Shown here one piece after another: positions 38,182 through 47,359 of a stretch of DNA of 64,000 nucleotides (positions are counted from its first letter, which is position 1; each line of letters begins with the position of its first letter). The notes under the pieces were generated by a model, which searched no databases, was not told the origin of the DNA, and saw only the letters and a program-made list of their open reading frames with translations. Origin of the DNA: Methanobacteriota archaeon (GTDB lineage Archaea; Thermoplasmatota; Thermoplasmata; UBA10834); contig CP070748.1 of assembly GCA_020348345.1 (NCBI GenBank), positions 669,190 through 733,189 on the forward strand, given 5' to 3'. A program made the position numbers and the translations under genes.

Positions 38182-38472
38182 CTAGAATATGCCGATCCTC
38201 ATGCCGATCTCCTCGGCTGAGTATCCCTCCTTCAGCTTGATGACTGCGTGCTTGCCGCTCTTCATTACCTTGATGTTGACCTTGTCGACCTTCGCCTCGA
38301 AACGTTCCTCGAACGCCTTCTTTATCTCCGCCTTCGTCGCGTCCCTTCGCACCACGAACTCGAGGCGGTTGCCGTCTTTGAGGTCCTGGGCTGGGGTGCC
38401 CGACATGGCGTTCATCGTCTTCTCTGTGACGTACGGGTGTAGGAGTACGGTCCTATTGCTCATCGTCTCCAC
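38182..38472 (-). CDS. rpl23: 50S ribosomal protein L23 (uL23)
   Basis: Sequence and operon position. Confidence 0.95.
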   Translation of the reverse strand: METMSNRTVLLHPYVTEKTMNAMSGTPAQDLKDGNRLEFVVRRDATKAEIKKAFEERFEAKVDKVNIKVMKSGKHAVIKLKEGYSAEEIGMRIGIF

Positions 38473-39278
38473 CTCCCAAGCTCCAACAGAGCCGATTCGG
38501 ATACGACCAGGAGTCTTCCAGGGTCTCCGCCAGGTGCAAGGACCGATACATTGAGAGCCTTGGGCGTGACGACCTCAGTTCCCGAGAGGTTCCTCACACT
38601 CCTGCCGCCTTCGCAGTCGTCGGACAGAACTATCAGCGGCCCCCTGGGGTTCCTGTATCTGCGTCCGCGCATCTTGCCTCTGCCTGCGCGTATGGATCGC
38701 CCCTCCTTGGCCCTCTCGATGTCGTCGTATACGCCGATGGACGAGAGCGCCTCAATGGCCTCCCTCGTCGTCTTGATGCTCTCGAAATCGTCCTTCACAA
38801 CGATCGGAACCGTCAGCTCTTCGTCGAACCTATGCCCTCTGCTGCGCACAAGGTCCGGGACGCTCGTTGCGTGGAGCGCTGCCAGCTTCGCCTTGGCAAG
38901 CTCCTTTCGATTCACCTTCTTCGTCAGATCCTTCGCCAGCTTCGGTGGATGCGCTCGTCTCCCGCCAACGTTGTTCGGCGACTGCGCCCCACGGGAGCTG
39001 TTCATCAATCGCTGCACCCTCGACACGCCGCGCCCTTTGCCCCACGTCTCGACCGAATGGAGCGCGCCCGCGTTGGTTTTAGGCGCATACGGCTGCCTGG
39101 CGTTCGCCTCCATCGCGGTGACGGCCCTTCGTATCAGATCCGGTCTGTAATCCGCCCTGAATGCTTCGGGCAGTTCCGCCTCACCCGCAATGCTGCCGTC
39201 CAATCCGTAGACATTGATCTTGCCAGGAGCGCGCTGCTTCGTAGCCGTCTTTTTCTTCTTTACAACCTTATCGGCCAT
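38460..39278 (-). CDS. rpl4: 50S ribosomal protein L4 (uL4)
   Basis: Start trimmed to MADKVVKKKK, 4 nt after the rpl3 stop. Confidence 0.9.
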   Translation of the reverse strand: MADKVVKKKKTATKQRAPGKINVYGLDGSIAGEAELPEAFRADYRPDLIRRAVTAMEANARQPYAPKTNAGALHSVETWGKGRGVSRVQRLMNSSRGAQSPNNVGGRRAHPPKLAKDLTKKVNRKELAKAKLAALHATSVPDLVRSRGHRFDEELTVPIVVKDDFESIKTTREAIEALSSIGVYDDIERAKEGRSIRAGRGKMRGRRYRNPRGPLIVLSDDCEGGRSVRNLSGTEVVTPKALNVSVLAPGGDPGRLLVVSESALLELGRWRR

Positions 39279-39282
39279 GCAA

Positions 39283-40287
39283 TCACACTCCCTGTTTTGA
39301 TTCAAGCGATACGAACGTCACCTGAGGCGCCTCGGAGAGCTTTATGCCCGTGTCTCTGATGGGCTCTCGGAGGCGCACGAGTCTCTTGGAGGGCCCCGGC
39401 ACCGAGCCGTGGACCATCAGATAGTTGCCTCTGACCTCGCCGTAGCTGATGAACCCGCCCTTGGGCGTGACCTCCTCGCCCTTATCGCCTATCTTGAGTA
39501 TCCTCTTGTTCAGCTCAGTCCGCTGGTGGAACCCTATCTGGCCGCCCTGGGGGACCGTATGCCTGACCAGTCCAGGTCTCTTCGGTCCAAGGTTTCCTAT
39601 GAGCCTTCTGTGCTTGCTGTTCTTGTGTATCAGGAGCTTGGTGCCCCATCTCTTGGTGACTCCCTGCCAGCCCTTGCCTTTTGTGATCGAGCTGACGTCG
39701 ACCATCGCTCCCTCGCTTGTGAAATCTCTGATCGTGACCGTCTTGCCAAGCACGCTCTTGGCGTACTCCTTCCGCGCGTCCAGCGTTCCCCCACCTACCC
39801 TGATCTCCATGAGCTCGGGCTTCTTCTTCGGCAGGCCGCTCACCATCACGGGCTGCGTGTGCATCAGCAGGCGCAGGTCGTCGCATTCCAGCTTGTCGGC
39901 CTTGCCCCACGCTGCCTTCTCATCATATTCCTTCGCCACCGGTAGCCTCCTCGACAGATGCTTGTCCTGCTTGCCGCTCCAGACCTCTCCGACGACCTTC
40001 TTGCCGTACGGCGAACTGGAGTAGAGCCTGACACCGCACACCTTCATCGGAGGAACCTCCAGCACCGTCACTGGAACCTGTACCTCCTGTCCTGCAGTCG
40101 TGCTCTTCGGCCTATAGTCGACTATGAAGGCGTGTGTCATCCCGACCTTGTATCCGGCGAATCCCTGGAGCCTCGCTTCGTCTCCATCGCCTTCAGGCCA
40201 AGAGGATGTCCTGGCGGTTATGCTTCTGGCTCTCTTCCTGGGCGAGTAGCCCATTGAGCCCTTCCTCGGACGTCTCCTTTGTGGCAT
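39283..40287 (-). CDS. rpl3: 50S ribosomal protein L3 (uL3)
   Basis: MPQRRRPRKGSMGYSPRKRA. The track start at 40293 is TTG; ATG at 40287 has GAGGG about 8 nt upstream. Confidence 0.95.
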   Translation of the reverse strand: MPQRRRPRKGSMGYSPRKRARSITARTSSWPEGDGDEARLQGFAGYKVGMTHAFIVDYRPKSTTAGQEVQVPVTVLEVPPMKVCGVRLYSSSPYGKKVVGEVWSGKQDKHLSRRLPVAKEYDEKAAWGKADKLECDDLRLLMHTQPVMVSGLPKKKPELMEIRVGGGTLDARKEYAKSVLGKTVTIRDFTSEGAMVDVSSITKGKGWQGVTKRWGTKLLIHKNSKHRRLIGNLGPKRPGLVRHTVPQGGQIGFHQRTELNKRILKIGDKGEEVTPKGGFISYGEVRGNYLMVHGSVPGPSKRLVRLREPIRDTGIKLSEAPQVTFVSLESKQGV

Positions 40288-40499
40288 GTGCAATCCCTCG
40301 TCTCGAAGCTATGATACTAGCTCGATAGCGCTCGATCCTCTCAAGCGCTTGAGTCGAGGCACTCGTTCTCGACCGTGACGCCTCGTGCGCGCCCGAAAAC
40401 ACATTTCAGCGCGAGTGTTGGGGTGCTCGTTAGGCATTGCCCATACGGCGTCTGGTCGATGCCGCCTCGGTATCGCAGACCTGCTGAATGGGGTACTTG

Positions 40500-40508
40500 T
40501 ATATAAAA
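40500..40508 (-). promoter_or_regulatory. TATA box (TTTTATATA on minus strand) for the rpl3 operon
   Basis: Near-consensus archaeal TATA, 29 nt past the upstream gene's stop. It lies about 190-210 nt upstream of the rpl3 ATG, implying a long leader. Confidence 0.45.
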
Positions 40509-40536
40509 GTGACCGGACACGGCGGAGCGTGAGTTC

Positions 40537-40857
40537 TTACTTGCCCTGCTTCGCCTTCTTCTGCGCCCTCTTGCCCCTCTCCTTCGCAGTGTAGCCAGTC
40601 GCTCTCTCGAGGAACGTGTTGTACGCCTTGATCGTCCTCTGTGCGACCTCGTCATCCACCGAAGGGTCCATTTCAGTCTCCACGCAGAGCAGGTTCTTGG
40701 CGCCCTGCCACGCCCGCAGCTCCTTCAGCGCGCCGTACGACGACACGAATCGGTCGCCTTTCGTTTCGACGCTGCCGAAAACGTCCTGCATGTGAGCTTT
40801 GAGCTTCTCCGGTGATATGTTATCCTGATGTCCTCTTCTGACTTCGTATTCACTCAT
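40537..40857 (-). CDS. conserved-looking hypothetical protein with basic C-terminal tail
   Basis: 106 aa, ATG start, ends KERGKRAQKKAKQGK. Located immediately upstream of the r-protein operon. Family not recognised with confidence. Confidence 0.5.
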   Translation of the reverse strand: MSEYEVRRGHQDNISPEKLKAHMQDVFGSVETKGDRFVSSYGALKELRAWQGAKNLLCVETEMDPSVDDEVAQRTIKAYNTFLERATGYTAKERGKRAQKKAKQGK

Positions 40858-40969
40858 GCGTACCCCCCTATAGAACTGGAAGCTGCGTGCTGGCTGAAAA
40901 AACTTTGCGGTGATCCTTTCATCGAGCGGCGTATACCATGAAGGCGGGCTCTGCGCGAAGCGTGGGATG

Positions 40970-41746
40970 TCATCTCGGAGCTATCTCGAATCTGCACGCA
41001 GCCTTTCCCTGTGCGACACATTCAAGCTCAGTCACAATGACCGATTTGCCGAATGTCTTGCGCCCAACCGTCTCGAGTAGGTTGCAGATGGGCTGGCAGA
41101 TCGGGTCGTCGCTGTGGCCGAAGGCGCGAGCGATCGCAGTTGTCGATTGGAGCGTGACAATCGCCCTTTGCCTGTCGAAATACGTCAGATCGCAGTTCTC
41201 GATCCACCCGACCTCCATGAGGAATTCCAGGCACTTCATGAAAGTCCTCCTTTGCTCAGGTTCCTCCACAATGTCCAGCAGCTTCTCCTGAAGGTCGAAG
41301 ATGCCTGCGAACAGCCCGTTGAGGTCCTTCTTGACCTCAGGGTTGGTGGCGGTGAACTTGATGACGTTTATGGTCGATTTAAGCCCCTCTTCTGGGGAGA
41401 TTCTCTCCACGAAGCTGGTTCCAGAGCCCGGAGCCTTCCTGACGGGCTCCTTCTCACGGACCCGCGTTGCGGGTCCAGTGGACAAGTCCGCCTTCGAGGC
41501 ACCATGACCTCCTACATGGCTCGAGCGTCGTGCAGCGCCCCTTCTCTTTCCTTCCTTGTACTTCTGCCTTGCCTCGTCCGCGATGCCGATTCGCTCAGCC
41601 TTGGACATGATCGACCTTAGTTCCAGATTGACCCAGCCAACGCTCTCGATATGTCCATGCTCGCCCACGTCCATGCCCAATTGGAAGGCTTTCTTCATCA
41701 GCTCCGCAGCGTCAACCTTCCCCTTTCCGTCGTCACGTCTGAACAT
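40970..41746 (-). CDS. V4R-domain protein
   Basis: C-terminal ...PICQPICNLLETVGRKTFGKSVIVTELECVAQGKAACRFEI matches the V4R (4-vinyl reductase) Cys pattern. Confidence 0.65.
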   Translation of the reverse strand: MFRRDDGKGKVDAAELMKKAFQLGMDVGEHGHIESVGWVNLELRSIMSKAERIGIADEARQKYKEGKRRGAARRSSHVGGHGASKADLSTGPATRVREKEPVRKAPGSGTSFVERISPEEGLKSTINVIKFTATNPEVKKDLNGLFAGIFDLQEKLLDIVEEPEQRRTFMKCLEFLMEVGWIENCDLTYFDRQRAIVTLQSTTAIARAFGHSDDPICQPICNLLETVGRKTFGKSVIVTELECVAQGKAACRFEIAPR

Positions 41747-42406
41747 AAGCTCATCTCGTGCGCTGATTGGATTCCATCTCCGATGTCATTGCCTTTGTGG
41801 TTTGCGAATGAAGCGATCTGAGCACGGCGACATGCCGCGCATTCCATCCTCGCAGCATCGCATCCAGCATCCTCTTTGTGAGCCGCGCCCTCAGCAGGAA
41901 CGAGGCCATACTCCGCCACGACGCATGCGATCCTTCAGTGCAGCCAACAATGTCATACCATCGTGGAAAGCCGAAGCCCGTAGATTCGAGGGTTTTAATC
42001 CGAAGCCGCAGCCGTCACTTCATCTCGGAGCCATCATGCAATTCGTTCGCCCGTCATTGCTCGTCTCCAGGGCACATAAATCATCATCGTAGACAGTACT
42101 TAAGCATGGCGATACGACTACCGACATTGAGAACCGCCAGCGGCTCGGAGGTTTCGAGCCTTTGGAGGGGTTCGTAATCCATAACTGCTCATTGAGGGCG
42201 TTTCTCGCTCGTTCTCGCTCTGGGAGACCTGATCGTGGCCGAAACGGCAATATACTCGCTGGCACGATAATTCATATCTAGGCTTGAAAGCCCTGGAGAG
42301 CTGTCCACACCCCCTCTGCCTTGCAGACGTGGCCACTCGTCGCCTTCCCCCTGGGACGATAGGATCGCAGAGACGAGGTAGCGGGACGCTCCGGGCAGGT
42401 GGGGAG

Positions 42407-42772
42407 ATGAGAAAGAGGATATTCGTCGTCGATGATGAAATGGCATTCAAAACGCTATACAGCAGGCTATTTCCCATCTATGGTCTGGAACTCATCGGCT
42501 ATGCAGCCGACGGCGAGGAGGCGGTGAGGAAGCTTTCCGAAGGCCTTGATCCTGATCTGGTGCTGATCGACCATAGACTTCCGAACAAGAACGGCATCGA
42601 TACCATGAAGGAGCTGCACGCGAAGAACCCCGGTCTTCCAATAGTGTTCATCAGCGCGGACGAATCGATACGATCGGAGGCACTCAAGGACGGCGCCCTC
42701 GATTTCTTGCTCAAGCCATTCGGCAAGGATATGCTGATGTCTGCGATCGATAGGCATGCGAGGAAGCGCTGA
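42407..42772 (+). CDS. stand-alone CheY-like response regulator receiver
   Basis: VVDDE, phospho-acceptor context LVLIDHRLP, and KPF. Trimmed to MRKRIFVVDD with GGTGGGGAG upstream. Confidence 0.8.
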   Translation: MRKRIFVVDDEMAFKTLYSRLFPIYGLELIGYAADGEEAVRKLSEGLDPDLVLIDHRLPNKNGIDTMKELHAKNPGLPIVFISADESIRSEALKDGALDFLLKPFGKDMLMSAIDRHARKR

Positions 42773-42816
42773 ACCGTGATCGGCCTAAGCCAGCGACTCA
42801 CAGACAGCGTGAGCGG

Positions 42817-43860
42817 TCAATCTCCACGATTCCTGAACATCCTCTGCAGATCGACCGTTCCATCAGCTACCAGCCCCTCCAATTCCATCACGCTCTCCCA
42901 TATCTCTCGACATCCGCATTCCGGGATCTTGATGCTGGTTCGGTTCTGGGAGATAGTGTGCTCGCGGATTGACTGCAGGATGTCTCCATCGCACTGGCCA
43001 CAGTTGTGTGCGCCCCTTGCCTTGCCTCCACCGGTGGGTTCACACACGATCTTCCTCTCCAGGGATGTGCACGAGTTAAGCACCTCGACGACACTCCAGA
43101 GCCATGGAGGCCGATACGCCCAATTCCTCCAGAGGCTCTCGACCGTCGTGCCTCTCTGCACATTGACGGGGTTGATCGATATAGTGTCGCTCTGAAGCGC
43201 AGCATGCTTGGTCGTGGCTATAGCATCCTCCAGCGCTTCGGCTTCCGTCAGGAACGGAGGCTTCAGCAGGACGTAAGACCTGAGGGCGGCCCCCGCCTTC
43301 TTGACGGTGGCAGCCGCTCTGTCGAAGTCCTTCACCGTCATGTTCTTGTTGATCGCATACTTCAGAACCTTGTCATTGGCGCTCTCCAGCCCGATCGCGA
43401 CTTCCAGGTCATCGTGGATTCCGGCGATCGCGGTCATGGCCTCCTCGCTCACGAACTCCGCTCTCGTCTCCACCAGCAGCCTCGCATGCCTTTCGGCACA
43501 CCACTTCAGCACCTTCTCCCTGAAGCACGAAGGTATCTCGCGCTCGTCCAGAAACGACCCTGAAGTGTAGATTTTCAGGAACCGCACATCTTCCAGAGGG
43601 GGAGCGGCTTTCAGGAACTGCTCTTCGAGATCATGCCCTGCGACGCCTTCGCGCGACTCGACATTGTAGCCACACATCGAGCAGCCGCCGTCGCGAGAGT
43701 GGGCACATCCTGAGGATCTGAGCACTATGACTCCCACGTCGATGGCGGCTCCATCGACGTTCTCCCTCTCCCTCCAAGCCGACACAGCCGTCCTCGTCGA
43801 CTTGCTCTTGTCTCGGCCCCTACGCCCAAGCGCAGGTTCGCCGCTATCGCGTCCGCCCAT
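42817..43860 (-). CDS. radical SAM protein of the TIGR01210/RaSEA type (archaeosine synthesis partner)
   Basis: LRSSGCAHSRDGGCSMCGY cluster motif and overall length match my memory of this family. Confidence 0.6.
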   Translation of the reverse strand: MGGRDSGEPALGRRGRDKSKSTRTAVSAWRERENVDGAAIDVGVIVLRSSGCAHSRDGGCSMCGYNVESREGVAGHDLEEQFLKAAPPLEDVRFLKIYTSGSFLDEREIPSCFREKVLKWCAERHARLLVETRAEFVSEEAMTAIAGIHDDLEVAIGLESANDKVLKYAINKNMTVKDFDRAAATVKKAGAALRSYVLLKPPFLTEAEALEDAIATTKHAALQSDTISINPVNVQRGTTVESLWRNWAYRPPWLWSVVEVLNSCTSLERKIVCEPTGGGKARGAHNCGQCDGDILQSIREHTISQNRTSIKIPECGCREIWESVMELEGLVADGTVDLQRMFRNRGD

Positions 43861-43891
43861 GAAGACACCCGCCGAACGCCATCAGGGTAGT

Positions 43892-44086
43892 TCAGAGATC
43901 GTACGGCTTGAGGGTCTTTCTTCCATTCTTCTTCGCACGCTTGGCTGCGAGCTCTATCATTAGGTGCACCTCTCGGTCAAGCTCGCGATAAAACTCCTCG
44001 GAGATTCTGAACCCGTCACCTGCGACGTCCTTAACCTCTGATATCTTGATGACCATCTTACCGTTCCTCAGGTTCGAAATCGACAT
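43892..44086 (-). CDS. DUF1931-type histone-fold small protein
   Basis: MVIKISEVKDVAGDGFRISEEFYRELDREVHLMIELAAKRAKKNGRKTLKPYDL. The 141-aa track ORF is trimmed (start at 44086 or 44056). Confidence 0.55.
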   Translation of the reverse strand: MSISNLRNGKMVIKISEVKDVAGDGFRISEEFYRELDREVHLMIELAAKRAKKNGRKTLKPYDL

Positions 44087-44216
44087 ACCATCTCTCCCAC
44101 CGCGTGCGCCACAGGGAAGGAAGCTAATGCGTGCTCGACTCTTAACCTTTCCGCGTCGAGGGGGCTCCGCAAAGCTTTTTCTCGCCTTCCCCTTTATCGG
44201 TTGGGGCACGAATACG

Positions 44217-45260
44217 ATGAATGTCGAAGAGCGACTGGAATTGATCACCAGAAACGCGCTCGAGATAATCACCGTTGAAGAGCTGAAGACGCTTCTCGAG
44301 ACCGTGTCCTCGCCCACAGCGTATATCGGCTACGAGCCGAGTGGCTTCGTTCACGTGGGGCAGATGATAACGGCTGCGAAGCTCGTGGATCTTCAGCGCG
44401 CAGGCGTCGAGGTGACGGTGTTCATGGCTGACTGGCACGCCATGATCAACGACAAGTTCGGAGGCGATATCAACAGCATCCGCGTCTGCGGCGATTACAT
44501 GCGCGATTGCTTCCTCGCGCTCGGAGTCGATAGCTCAGCCAAGTTCGTATACGCGACCGACCTCATCAACGGAGCCGATTACTGGGAGCGGTTCATCAGG
44601 ATATGCAAGGCTAGCACTCTGACGCGGTTGAAGAGAGCGATGACTATCATGGGGCGTTCCGAGGACGAGATGGAACTGGACGCCTCCAAGATCATGTACC
44701 CTCCGATGCAGGTGGCGGACATCTTCCACTTGGACGTGGACATAGCCTATTCAGGCATGGACCAGCGCAGAGCGCACATGTTGGCCCGGGACGTCGCCGA
44801 GAAGATAGGCTGGAAGAAGCCCATTGCTTTGCACACATCGTTGCTGATGAGTCTCAAAGGAGGAGCCCGCATGGATCCTGTCGAGGCGAAGATGTCGAAG
44901 AGCAGCCCCGACACCGCCATATTCATGCACGACGCCCCCGAGGAGGTCCAGAGGAAGTTAGAGAATGCGTTCTGTCCCCCTGAGGTCGATGGCAATCCGG
45001 TGCTCGACACGATGCGTCTTCTGGTGTTTCCTCAGATGCAGAAGGTGGAGTTTGACCGCCCTGCCAAGTTTGGCGGACCTGTCGAATATGCCAGCTTCGA
45101 AGAGCTGAAGGAGGCGTACGAATCGAAGTCGCTGCATCCGATGGATCTCAAGAAGGGCGCCTCCGAGTGCGTGAACCGATTGCTCGACCCTGTTCGGGAG
45201 TACTTCTCGACAAAGCCCGACAGTCTCGACAAGGTGAGGGCGCTAACCGTCACCAGATGA
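44217..45260 (+). CDS. tyrS: tyrosine--tRNA ligase (archaeal type)
   Basis: YIGYEPSGFVHVGQ (HIGH-like) and KMSKS. Trimmed to MNVEERLELITRN. Confidence 0.9.
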   Translation: MNVEERLELITRNALEIITVEELKTLLETVSSPTAYIGYEPSGFVHVGQMITAAKLVDLQRAGVEVTVFMADWHAMINDKFGGDINSIRVCGDYMRDCFLALGVDSSAKFVYATDLINGADYWERFIRICKASTLTRLKRAMTIMGRSEDEMELDASKIMYPPMQVADIFHLDVDIAYSGMDQRRAHMLARDVAEKIGWKKPIALHTSLLMSLKGGARMDPVEAKMSKSSPDTAIFMHDAPEEVQRKLENAFCPPEVDGNPVLDTMRLLVFPQMQKVEFDRPAKFGGPVEYASFEELKEAYESKSLHPMDLKKGASECVNRLLDPVREYFSTKPDSLDKVRALTVTR

Positions 45261-46205
45261 TTCGAGCTCCTTCAGCAGCCTGATGGCGTTCTCCGCTGAG
45301 ATGTTGAGCATGGCCTCGACATCGCCGACGCCTGATATGCCTGCCGCGCCTGGATGTCCCCCTCCTCCGTTGGATGTCTCCGAACCCACTCCGTTCAGGA
45401 GCTTGCCGAGATGCACACCCGCTCGAACCATGTCGGAAGTCGCCCGCGCGCTTATGCGGAATCCATCTCCCCTCTGGGATCCGACGAAGGCGATGTCTGC
45501 GCCCAGATGCAGCAGTGCCTTGCAGACGGAAGCCTCGTACGCGCTGCCCTGGGAGATCGCCACCACCTTGTCACCGACCTTCCAGTACTTCAACCGCTGC
45601 GCACCTCGCAGCTGCGATATCCTCTCGGACAGATCCATGTCCAATGACACCAAGCCTATGGCTTCGTCAGTGCCGGTGCCGTGCAGCTCCATGAGCTCCG
45701 CGAACGCTATGATAGACGCAGGGCGGGCATACCTGAAATTGCCGGTGTCGGTGAGTATCCCGGTCATCAGCGCGAGCGCGACGTCCCTGTCGGGGTTCTT
45801 GCCCGTCTCGCGAAGAAGCTCGTAGATTATCTCCGCGCACGATGACTTCGAATCGTCGCAGTAATAGATGCGAGCATCGTCCCACGCATGGTTGCGCGCA
45901 TGATGGTCAATAACCATAGCTGCCGAGTGGTCCAGGTCCAATGGTATCTGGTCTGGTCCAGAAGTGTCCAATACGAGTATCCGACCCTTTATTGGGGCGT
46001 CGGATCCCTGTGCGACATCGACACCAAGCTGTTGGGCGAGCACCTTGGCCAGCCTGTCGAGCCCACCAGGGGCAACTATCGCAACATCGTTGAAGGCCCT
46101 TGAGATCGCAAAAGCGCAAGCCAGCGCGTCAGGGTCGGCGTTGCCGTGGAGCAGGACAGTCGTTCCTCCTCCTGATTCGAGTTCAGCCGCAATCTCGGAC
46201 AGCAC
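45243..46205 (-). CDS. DHH/DHHA1 phosphoesterase (NrnA-like)
   Basis: DPDALA, VIDHH and GGGGHPGAAG motifs. GTG start. Confidence 0.8.
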   Translation of the reverse strand: MLSEIAAELESGGGTTVLLHGNADPDALACAFAISRAFNDVAIVAPGGLDRLAKVLAQQLGVDVAQGSDAPIKGRILVLDTSGPDQIPLDLDHSAAMVIDHHARNHAWDDARIYYCDDSKSSCAEIIYELLRETGKNPDRDVALALMTGILTDTGNFRYARPASIIAFAELMELHGTGTDEAIGLVSLDMDLSERISQLRGAQRLKYWKVGDKVVAISQGSAYEASVCKALLHLGADIAFVGSQRGDGFRISARATSDMVRAGVHLGKLLNGVGSETSNGGGGHPGAAGISGVGDVEAMLNISAENAIRLLKELESSGDG

Positions 46206-46250
46206 GGACGTGACAATGGCTAATCGTGGTAAAATACGTGTCTAGGCGTA

Positions 46251-46637
46251 TCATCCCGCTTTGGGCTCCTCGTCCTTCTCGTCCTTCGACGGAATCTGCA
46301 ACGCCTTGGAGATCTGCTCCTGAAGGCTCTGATGTCTCTCGCGCAGGTGCTTGTCCTGTCGGTCCAGAGTCTTGACGCGGACGTCCATCGTCTCCTTCTG
46401 CTCCTTCAACTCGTTCGTGAGGGCCGCCTTGTCCTTGGCCTGGATCATCAACGAGCCGACGCTCCTATACACGAGAGCATCCTCGCCCGCCTTCTCCAAC
46501 TCCTGAACCGCCTTGTCGAGCTCCCGCACCTGCGCCTCCAACTGCAGCTTCTGCGTCGTGATCATCTGTATCTGCTGCGCCAGCTGCTGAAACTGTGCTA
46601 TCTGATTCTGAACCTTCGGTGGTAAGTTGTCCATCAT
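46251..46637 (-). CDS. pfdB: prefoldin beta subunit
   Basis: Coiled-coil / beta-hairpin / coiled-coil pattern with QNQIAQFQQLAQQ. Confidence 0.85.
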   Translation of the reverse strand: MMDNLPPKVQNQIAQFQQLAQQIQMITTQKLQLEAQVRELDKAVQELEKAGEDALVYRSVGSLMIQAKDKAALTNELKEQKETMDVRVKTLDRQDKHLRERHQSLQEQISKALQIPSKDEKDEEPKAG

Positions 46638-46879
46638 GCTCCTTCAACCTCCTTTGCCGTCTCCTCTGCTACATTGCCCCATCTGATATATGAGTTCAGG
46701 GCCGCTCTCAGAGCGGCGAGATCATCCGCCCATATCTCTATGACGACCTCCCCGGCCCCTCCAGCCACCTTGACCCTTGTTCGAGGTATGTTCTCCGTTA
46801 GCTCGGGCGACAGTGCTCGTCGGACAACTTCGGCATGCTCGGTCCGCACTATCAGCGTCGCCCTATCAGTCGACATCAT
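46634..46879 (-). CDS. pcc1: KEOPS subunit Pcc1
   Basis: 81 aa with ...VVIEIWADDLAALRAALNSYIRW. Conserved position next to pfdB and rpoP. Confidence 0.75.
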   Translation of the reverse strand: MMSTDRATLIVRTEHAEVVRRALSPELTENIPRTRVKVAGGAGEVVIEIWADDLAALRAALNSYIRWGNVAEETAKEVEGA

Positions 46880-47010
46880 CGGCTCTCAACCGATTTGCGG
46901 ACGTTTGGCCTCTCCTTGTAGAACACCTTCGAGCCGCACTTCTCGCACTGCAGTCCCACGGTGTTCATGCCCGAACGAACGGGCTCCTTGCATCGAGAGC
47001 ACTTGTACAT
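46876..47010 (-). CDS. rpoP: DNA-directed RNA polymerase subunit Rpo12 (RpoP)
   Basis: Hand-translated 44-aa ORF missing from the track: MYKCSRCKEPVRSGMNTVGLQCEKCGSKVFYKERPNVRKSVESR (CxxC...CxxC zinc ribbon). GGAAGGTG lies upstream. Its stop overlaps the pcc1 ATG (ATGA). Confidence 0.8.
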   Translation of the reverse strand: MYKCSRCKEPVRSGMNTVGLQCEKCGSKVFYKERPNVRKSVESR

Positions 47011-47025
47011 TTGTGCACCTTCCGC

Positions 47026-47343
47026 CTACGCCTTCTCAGGCTCCTCCTCCACGGATATCTCCTCCGGAGCACCCTCCTCCGTCGGCGCGTGCCTCACTTC
47101 CCTCTTCACTGCCACCGGTTTTGTGAGGTTGTATGCGCTACTTGCGATCTTGGATCCGCAGTGCCTGCACGTCCATATGCCTGTGCTGGTCCGCGACATC
47201 GTCTTGGACCTGCATTTGGGACATTCGTGTCGTCCTCGGCCCTGCGCTTCGATCTCAGCGATGCGTCTCCTGACCCTTACGCCGTATCTGGCTCCGAGCC
47301 TGCCCGCAGGTCCTGCCTTCTTCGTCCTTCTGGCCATCGTCAT
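47026..47343 (-). CDS. rpl37ae: 50S ribosomal protein L37Ae (eL43) with acidic C-terminal extension
   Basis: RTKKAGPAGRLGARYG...CPKC...CRHCG. Confidence 0.9.
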   Translation of the reverse strand: MTMARRTKKAGPAGRLGARYGVRVRRRIAEIEAQGRGRHECPKCRSKTMSRTSTGIWTCRHCGSKIASSAYNLTKPVAVKREVRHAPTEEGAPEEISVEEEPEKA

Positions 47344-47359
47344 CAGCCGTCCTTTCGGC

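Noticed and set aside
41963-41983. GUGGAAAGCCGAAGCCCGUAG, resembling RNase P CR-I (GAGGAAAGUCCGGGCUCCAUAG)
   Set aside because: The universally conserved bulged U is missing (AAAGCC versus AAAGUCC). No complementary P4 3' strand with an ACAGAA-type CR-V lies at a sensible distance.
42167-42180. tRNA T-arm-like GGGGTTCGTAATCC
   Set aside because: The loop is one base too long, and no acceptor, D or anticodon stems can be built around it. I found no other tRNA-like sequence in the window.
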